Assembly (NCBI GenBank): GCA_029547225.1
Contig: JAKPPS010000032.1
Location: 4,065-68,064, forward strand
Length of the DNA: 64,000 bases
Reading direction: 5' to 3'
From: a bacterium
GTDB taxonomy: Bacteria > Patescibacteriota > Dojkabacteria > SC72 > WJKH01
A program made the position numbers and the translations under genes. The notes beneath the pieces were generated by a model. The model was given only the letters and a program-made list of their open reading frames with translations, ran no database searches and was not told the origin of the DNA. This document shows positions 58,270 through 64,000 of this stretch, one piece after another (position 1 is the first letter of the stretch; the number at the start of each line of letters is the position of its first letter).

Positions 58270-58482
58270 TGGACAATCAAGTAAAGAATTTTCTACCATT
58301 TTCCCAAGAGAATATTTTTCAAAATATTTTGTATTTTTTACTACTCTCAGCTTGTGACTGTATTTGGTCTCTTATGGTAATAAAATCTATAAAATTTGGA
58401 GGAAATTGGCGAGAAAAATCTCTAAATATCTATTGTTTTATCAAGTAAAAAGGTGTAATATTATCAACAATTGTGAGAGCTT

Positions 58483-58566
58483 GCAGAAGTGGTGGAATTG
58501 GCATACACGCGGGACTCAAAATCCCGTCCTCGCAAGAGGATGAGGGTTCAACTCCCTCCTTCTGCA
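58483..58566 (+). tRNA. tRNA-Leu (anticodon CAA)
   Basis: Acceptor GCAGAAG/CTTCTGC, anticodon loop CTCAAAA (anticodon CAA), a long variable arm and T-arm GAGGGTTCAACTCCCTC. Confidence 0.88.
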
Positions 58567-58615
58567 TTTGCTTTTGTGTATTCCACAAAAATAAATAAAT
58601 TTAAGTTCAGTCAAA

Positions 58616-59476
58616 ATGAGCGTAGAACAATATATCCTCGATACCCTCAACAATATCGGTACAATAAACTTTGATGGTGTAATGAAAATAGTTGCACTTC
58701 TTTTTGTTGTATTTTGGGTCTTTGTTGTAATATGGGTTTGGAATGATTCAGGCGAGAGATCTCGAAATCTTTTCTTTAGACTGACTAGTGTCTTAACCGT
58801 TTTGATACTTAATATTTTTGGGTTAGTTATATATCTGCTTATCAGGCCTCAGTTTACTATTGAGGAAGTGTATTGGTCTGATCTTGAAAGAAGATATCTT
58901 AAATACGAAACAAAAGAACTTGGTGATTGTCCAAAGTGTGGATATCAATTGCAACCGGGATATATTTATTGTCCTGAATGTAATTATGAATTAAAGGTAA
59001 AATGTAAGGGTTGTGAATTGTATTTTGATAAGGATAATAAGTATTGTCCTTATTGTGGCTTGATAAATAAGAAAGAAATCCCTCTCGAACAGATTTCTGC
59101 AAAAGAAATGCAAGAGATAGCAAGTGCTAACAAGGATGAGATTGTTCAGACTGTTGAAGAAAAAGGTACGAGGTATTCAAGCAAAAAAGGTGTATTCTTC
59201 AAAAGCGCAGATTTCTTCAATAAAATCTTTCACACAAAAACACCAGAAGAGAAAGCAGAAGAAAAAAGATTAAAGGAAGAGAAAAAGGCTCAGGAACAAA
59301 GAATTAAGAAAGAGAAAAGAATCGAAGCTGAGAATTTGAAGAAGGCCAAACTTGAAGCTAAAAAGAATAACGATAAAGCAGTTTCTGAAAGTGCAGAGAA
59401 AAAAGATCAAGGTAGTAATCAGAAGAAAGATAAAAAGGTAGCTAATAAAAATAATAAAAAAAGCAATACTAAATAA
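58616..59476 (+). CDS. Membrane protein with a PLD-N-like TM hairpin, a double zinc ribbon and a Lys-rich tail
   Basis: It has 'VWVWNDSGERSRNLFFRLTSVLTVLILNIFGLVIYLLIRP', 'CPKCGYQLQPGYIYCPECNYELKVKCKGCELYFDKDNKYCPYCG' and a C-terminal K/E-rich region of about 90 aa. Confidence 0.6.
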   Translation: MSVEQYILDTLNNIGTINFDGVMKIVALLFVVFWVFVVIWVWNDSGERSRNLFFRLTSVLTVLILNIFGLVIYLLIRPQFTIEEVYWSDLERRYLKYETKELGDCPKCGYQLQPGYIYCPECNYELKVKCKGCELYFDKDNKYCPYCGLINKKEIPLEQISAKEMQEIASANKDEIVQTVEEKGTRYSSKKGVFFKSADFFNKIFHTKTPEEKAEEKRLKEEKKAQEQRIKKEKRIEAENLKKAKLEAKKNNDKAVSESAEKKDQGSNQKKDKKVANKNNKKSNTK

Positions 59477-60288
59477 TGAACTTTATAGATTCGTTCAACA
59501 ATATTTTTAGCGTTATGCCTTTTTTAGCATGGCTGGGGATAATATATCTCGTAGTGTCATATTTTTTCTGGCGTGAAGCAAGGATTCTCAATAAAGACAG
59601 AAATTCAATATTTGATCTATGGTTTGTCAGTTTCTTTGGTATGGCAATATGGGGTAGGATGTCTTTCGTAGGTGCTAACTGGTCTGCACTGTATGAAGGC
59701 CTCCCATGGTCTTTATTACCTTATGAAAGGTATGCGAATAACATATATCTGTTTAGATTATTGCCTTGGAAATTTATCACAGTTTGGGATGGTGGATTTT
59801 TATTTTCAGGAGTAGCTGTTGCATTTATAGTAATAAGCTTTGCATATATTGTCCTGGTTAAAAAGTGGAGTTGGAAGCAGATGATGATGCCAATTATTAC
59901 TTTTTCACAATACTTACTCTCTTTAACTCTTGTTGTATATGGTTCATTAATGAGATATGAAAATGCTGTAATACTCGGTTTATTTTTGTTGCTGGCAGTT
60001 ATAATTATTACAATTGTAAGGTCACTTTTTTCGGATAAATATTTCGTGGTTAAATATGTTTTCCCAATTTATACTTTACTGTCTGAGCTTTTTATTGGTT
60101 ACATTTTCTATTCTGCTCAGGTGGCTCTAATCGATAAGATAAATGTAGGTCTACTAATATTGGTCACGATAATAATGGTGATAAAGTATTTAACTGAGCT
60201 TCTCAGACCTAAAACTACAATCGAATCTATCTCTGCGGTAAAGCCCATTTCTCCTATTGTACTTAATAAGCCTGTCAAAATAAGCTAA
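59476..60288 (+). CDS. lgt: Prolipoprotein diacylglyceryl transferase-like polytopic membrane protein
   Basis: It has multiple TM segments, 'AIWGRMSFVGANW' (compare GRxGNF) and 'VWDGGFLFSGVAVAF' (compare W.GG...G). It lies directly upstream of lspA. Confidence 0.5.
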   Translation: MNFIDSFNNIFSVMPFLAWLGIIYLVVSYFFWREARILNKDRNSIFDLWFVSFFGMAIWGRMSFVGANWSALYEGLPWSLLPYERYANNIYLFRLLPWKFITVWDGGFLFSGVAVAFIVISFAYIVLVKKWSWKQMMMPIITFSQYLLSLTLVVYGSLMRYENAVILGLFLLLAVIIITIVRSLFSDKYFVVKYVFPIYTLLSELFIGYIFYSAQVALIDKINVGLLILVTIIMVIKYLTELLRPKTTIESISAVKPISPIVLNKPVKIS

Positions 60289-60299
60289 TCTCTACAATT

Positions 60300-60716
60300 A
60301 TGCTTAGAAAACTATTTAATATCCTGACAAATAAAGTCTTTTCATTTTCTGCTTTGGGAGTTGCGATTTTGTTGATTTCACTTCATTGGTTACGCTTTAT
60401 ACTCTTTGAACAGTGTGTAAATAATAGTGGTATAGCTTTAGGGTCGTTAAGTGGAGTAATGCCGATTGTCCTTATTGTTTGTATAGGCACTATTCTTGCA
60501 ATTGTGCTTTTTTATGCGATAAAACAAAAGGATATTTTCCTTGTTATTCTCTTTATTGGTGGATTATCAAATTGGATAGATAGGGTGATAGATGGATTTG
60601 TTTGTGATTATCTACTTTTTTTAGACTTCTATATCAACTTCAATGATATAGTTATATCAGTTATTGTTGCTTTGATTGTATTTAGAGATATACTTAAAGA
60701 AAAGATAGCGGCTTAA
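60300..60716 (+). CDS. lspA: Lipoprotein signal peptidase II
   Basis: It has 'NNSGIALGSL' (N.G.AFG-type) and 'GGLSNWIDRVIDGFVCDYL' (compare NxxDR...G.V.D). Confidence 0.75.
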   Translation: MLRKLFNILTNKVFSFSALGVAILLISLHWLRFILFEQCVNNSGIALGSLSGVMPIVLIVCIGTILAIVLFYAIKQKDIFLVILFIGGLSNWIDRVIDGFVCDYLLFLDFYINFNDIVISVIVALIVFRDILKEKIAA

Positions 60717-60764
60717 TGATATGTGATATGTAAGTTTGTAGTTATGAATTTTTAATCAACGATT

Positions 60765-62081
60765 ATGAAAAGCATCGAAGAAAGTAATAAAAATCTTGAA
60801 TCTGAAAATAATGATACTGCTGTAGAAAGTCCAAATGTAGTGGTTGGAAAACGATTAGATTTAACGGTATTTGAATATATACAGAATCTTGGGCATCAAA
60901 TGCGGTCTAAAAGTGATGATGAAATATACTTGAGCAAAGATCCAAATATCACAATTAATGTAATTAATACTGGGGTAGATATACAATTAGATAACTTAGA
61001 AAAAGTTAGCCGAAGTCTGATTTCAAATAACATTAACAGTATCGTACTGGTCAATAATCTTAAAGAAAAACGAGGTTATAAATTAAGGAAAAATGATGTA
61101 GTAACAATTGATCTGTCGGGTCTTAACAAAATACTGGATCAATCAATAAAAAATAAAAATCTAAATAGTGGGATATTTACAGTTGTCTCAAGAAAAGGTG
61201 ATCTTGATATAGTCTTTGAAGACAAGAACCTACTTGTAATCAACAAAAAAGCTGGTGTGTCGGTACATCCTGGAATCTCAAATCTCGATAATACTTTAGC
61301 CAATTATGTCCGATATTATCTTGAGGATAAATCAGAATTTGATAATCAGGTTGTAAATGGAGGTATCGTCCATCGACTAGATAAATGTACGAGTGGCTTA
61401 ATAATTTATGCAAAAAATCATGAAACACAGATCGCATTGAAACAAATGTTTAAGAGAAGAAAAATAGTAAAGGGGTATATTGCACAAATAGAAGAAAACA
61501 TCTTGAATATAGGCCCCATATACCTAGGGGGGTATATAAAACGTGATAAGGTTGACCGTAGAAGGATGAAGTATTTCCCTTTGACAATTCAGAATCTTGA
61601 AACAGAAAGCAAAGTAGATATATTGAGAGATATTGAATATGTTCCCGTTAATCAGGCGTTTATTAACTCACAATCTGCAGAAATACTTCCTTTATCTGAG
61701 GACAAATCTAATACACGAATGACTCAATATGGCAATGTGAGTATAGATGGGCCAGATGTTCAACAAGTTAACAAGAATGATTTTAAGAGTACCTACAGCC
61801 CTCGAGATATAAAAGATATTGGTAATACATTAAAACTTTGCGAAACACTTATTGAACCAATATCAGGAAATAGATTGTTGGTCTATCCAATTACTGGCAG
61901 AAACCATCAAATAAGGGCTGTCTTACGCGAAATTGGCTATTATATTTTCGGAGACACATTGTATAAGTCCAAAAGGGAAGGGGATATACCAGAAGAAATT
62001 GGTCTGAAGTGTGTCTATCTTCGAGTTGAAGAATATGGTGATGGTTTGGAGATTTCCCTGCCAGACTATAAGACACTCTGA
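60765..62081 (+). CDS. rluD: RluA/RluD-family pseudouridine synthase (with insertions)
   Basis: It has 'LLVINKKAGVSVHPG' and the catalytic motif 'HRLDKCTSGLIIYAKN', with 'RNHQIRAVL' near the C-terminus. Confidence 0.8.
   Translation: MKSIEESNKNLESENNDTAVESPNVVVGKRLDLTVFEYIQNLGHQMRSKSDDEIYLSKDPNITINVINTGVDIQLDNLEKVSRSLISNNINSIVLVNNLKEKRGYKLRKNDVVTIDLSGLNKILDQSIKNKNLNSGIFTVVSRKGDLDIVFEDKNLLVINKKAGVSVHPGISNLDNTLANYVRYYLEDKSEFDNQVVNGGIVHRLDKCTSGLIIYAKNHETQIALKQMFKRRKIVKGYIAQIEENILNIGPIYLGGYIKRDKVDRRRMKYFPLTIQNLETESKVDILRDIEYVPVNQAFINSQSAEILPLSEDKSNTRMTQYGNVSIDGPDVQQVNKNDFKSTYSPRDIKDIGNTLKLCETLIEPISGNRLLVYPITGRNHQIRAVLREIGYYIFGDTLYKSKREGDIPEEIGLKCVYLRVEEYGDGLEISLPDYKTL
61518..61537. repeat. 20-bp site ATATACCTAGGGGGGTATAT (site 11, inside rluD)
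   Basis: It has the ATATAC-N8-GTATAT format and encodes P-I-Y-L-G-G-Y-I-K. Confidence 0.8.
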
Positions 62082-62636
62082 TAGTTTTCTCAGTAATATG
62101 TTTATCGGTGCAGTACGGATATTCGTTCCATGGGTATGCTTGATATACCAATACATATGTACGCGGGTAAGAATTGTACCCAGAAGCGAGTAAAATTAAC
62201 AGATTATATTCTCAATATTTGTGAAATTTTCTTTGGTGAAGGTCTGCACATACAAAGGTTACTATTTAAACAAAAGAAGGTAACAAAATAGTAACACCGA
62301 CCCTTGTACTTTATCTGGCATAGTTAACTGAATCAAATTGCATAACACACTTATGGGGTATGGTACTTGCCTTGAATTTTCTATATTCTTCACCTTATTA
62401 TTTTGTGAAAAATTTATTGAATTTAACGAATCTGCTTTACTTTTATCCGTATTTTATCTATCGTATTAATAGAACTACTGCCAAAAAAGTATGATTACGT
62501 TTTAGGTTTTTTTATCTAATTACTAAAATACTATTCTATATATTTTCTTATATTTGCAGTGTTTCTGTGTATTATAATATTATGCTTTTATTGCTAATTA
62601 ATACTGATAGTCAGTTTATTTTGTTTTTCGTTTGAA

Positions 62637-64000
62637 ATGCAGCAAATCGAGCTATTAAATCAAAACAGAAAGAGTATGTTAAGTGAGCCAAAGTATAATA
62701 TTCTTTCGTTGTTTAAATCAAATGAAAAGGATAGGACTCGTTCGACTGAAATACGTCATGATAAGTATTCGTCACATGTATTAGATATTAAGAGAGATAT
62801 TATTAATTCAAATACAAGTGAAGCGAAGAGAAATTTTAAGAATAAAAATTTCCGTCGGCATGGTTTGGCAGAGGACAGTATTAAGTATAAGAATGAAAAA
62901 TACTCTTCTTCTCGGTCAAGAGCTTCTGTTGGCTCTTGTAATGCAGAAAGTAAAAAAGATCGTGGAGGAAATAGTGTACTTGGAAAATTGTTTACTGTTC
63001 TTACAAAGATAGTAATTGCTCTGATTGTACTTGCTATCCCAGCATATTATATTTATGTTGGATTTACTCTTTCGGTGATAAATATCGAGGATCCTTTATC
63101 GAATACAGGGACTCTAGTTGCGAGAGATGATGATTTATTTAGGCAAATAATAATAATGACTGATGAAGAAGATACTGAGGTCGTGGGTGTGTATATCTTC
63201 ATTTCAAATCAAGTCTCGGGTGATTCGCTAGTATATTATATACCCCCGTGGGTATATAGTGATGACTACAGTAACACTTTTGAGCAACCTGTTTCTGTGG
63301 GGAACTTGCTTTATATGGCTTCAACGGTTGATCCGGAAAAGAAATATCAATTTGTGATAAATCAAATATCAAGTGTAGTGGGTATGATCTTTGACTCATA
63401 TATATATCTACCAACCGATAAAGCTTCTGAAATCTCTGATCAATGTAAATATGATAGTAGTAAGGGTGCGGAGTATATCGATAAATGTATATCCGGTCTT
63501 ACAAATCCTTTTAATGTACTTGAGAGTCATAAGTTGGACGAACTAATACGATCTCTTCGCTCAAATCTTACTTATAAGCAGATTATGCAGTTAAGAAACC
63601 GTATTGGTGCGATTGATTTTGGAACTGATGGTAATGGTATTATTTCTAATTACAACGGAAATATTATTGATCTTTCAAGTAATAATTATGTAATAGAGAA
63701 TACTGCTCCTGGTGATCAAAACATTATAGTGAGTAAACTTGTAGTTGAATCTATAGACAGTATTATCTCTGAAAACATTGATATTGTACGCTCCAAAAAT
63801 ATCCAAAAAGAGCTTGTTAAAGTAGAAGTTTACAATGGTAGTGGTATACCTAAGTATGCAAGTAAATATTCGAGATATATTAGTAATATGGGGTGTACTG
63901 TAGTGCGTTTTGGCAATGCAGATAAAGAATATGAGCAGACTACAATATATGTTGTTGATCCCGAAAGATTTCAGTATTCCTTGAGTGTGGTTAAAGCTAT
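62637..64000 (+). CDS. Membrane protein with a LytR_C-type C-terminal domain (LCP-like; 3' end outside window)
   Basis: This ORF is not in the supplied track because it runs off the window. ATG at 62637, TM 'LFTVLTKIVIALIVLAIPAYYIYVGF', and 'VKVEVYNGSGIPKYASKYSRYISNMGCTVVRFGNADKEYEQTTIYV' resembles the LytR C-terminal domain. Confidence 0.6.
   Translation, partial: MQQIELLNQNRKSMLSEPKYNILSLFKSNEKDRTRSTEIRHDKYSSHVLDIKRDIINSNTSEAKRNFKNKNFRRHGLAEDSIKYKNEKYSSSRSRASVGSCNAESKKDRGGNSVLGKLFTVLTKIVIALIVLAIPAYYIYVGFTLSVINIEDPLSNTGTLVARDDDLFRQIIIMTDEEDTEVVGVYIFISNQVSGDSLVYYIPPWVYSDDYSNTFEQPVSVGNLLYMASTVDPEKKYQFVINQISSVVGMIFDSYIYLPTDKASEISDQCKYDSSKGAEYIDKCISGLTNPFNVLESHKLDELIRSLRSNLTYKQIMQLRNRIGAIDFGTDGNGIISNYNGNIIDLSSNNYVIENTAPGDQNIIVSKLVVESIDSIISENIDIVRSKNIQKELVKVEVYNGSGIPKYASKYSRYISNMGCTVVRFGNADKEYEQTTIYVVDPERFQYSLSVVKA
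63238..63257. repeat. 20-bp palindrome ATATACCCCCGTGGGTATAT (site 12, inside the LCP-like gene)
   Basis: It has the ATATAC-N8-GTATAT format with 8-bp arms ATATACCC/GGGTATAT. It encodes Y-I-P-P-W-V-Y. Confidence 0.85.

Noticed and set aside
1-64000. CRISPR arrays, IS elements or transposases, rRNA operons, a reverse-transcriptase (DGR or retron) system, and an alternative genetic code.
   Set aside because: I saw no regularly spaced short repeats, and no transposase, integrase, Cas or reverse-transcriptase-like ORFs. All long ORFs are intact under the standard code, and TGA is used as a stop (for example at 55816..55818 and 62079..62081), so recoding of UGA is not indicated.

Overview
This is an AT-rich bacterial chromosome segment (roughly one-third GC by eye, not computed), densely packed with genes. 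It uses the standard genetic code: TGA ends the sortase-like and rluD-like genes. I can support about 46 CDS and 2 tRNAs.

Gene content is mostly housekeeping:
- ybeY, pth and mfd.
- dnaX, ybaB and recR.
- A minus-strand murA-murD-x-murC-murE cluster.
- cysS and rnhC.
- rpsF, ssb and rpsR.
- ctpA and htrA; prmC, prfA and rpmE; dnaB.
- lgt, lspA and rluD.

Two metabolic modules are present:
- A fermentative module: ADP-forming acetyl-CoA synthetase, pyruvate formate-lyase and its activase.
- Two enzymes of the archaeal-type AMP salvage route: ribose-1,5-bisphosphate isomerase-like and AMP phosphorylase-like.

There are also several large envelope proteins anchored at both N and C termini, and a sortase-like gene.

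Many conserved proteins carry lineage-specific insertions or extensions, and Shine-Dalgarno sequences are weak or absent. Together with the metabolism, this looks like a Patescibacteria/CPR-type genome. That assignment is an inference.

Two signals are not explained by ordinary annotation:
1. A strictly 20-bp palindrome, ATATAC-N8-GTATAT with a CCCC/GGGG core (a CsoR/FrmR-type operator shape). It occurs once as a perfect copy between the -35 and -10 boxes of a 75-aa CsoR-family gene that has no Cys or His. It occurs at least 7 more times perfectly, and 3 times nearly, inside unrelated coding regions.
2. A dispersed noncoding repeat family of about 83 nt with at least 8 copies in intergenic spacers, one pair of which (C/E) is a clear convergent inverted pair and a second (A/A') a possible degenerate one.

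I saw no CRISPR array, integrase, transposase or rRNA.
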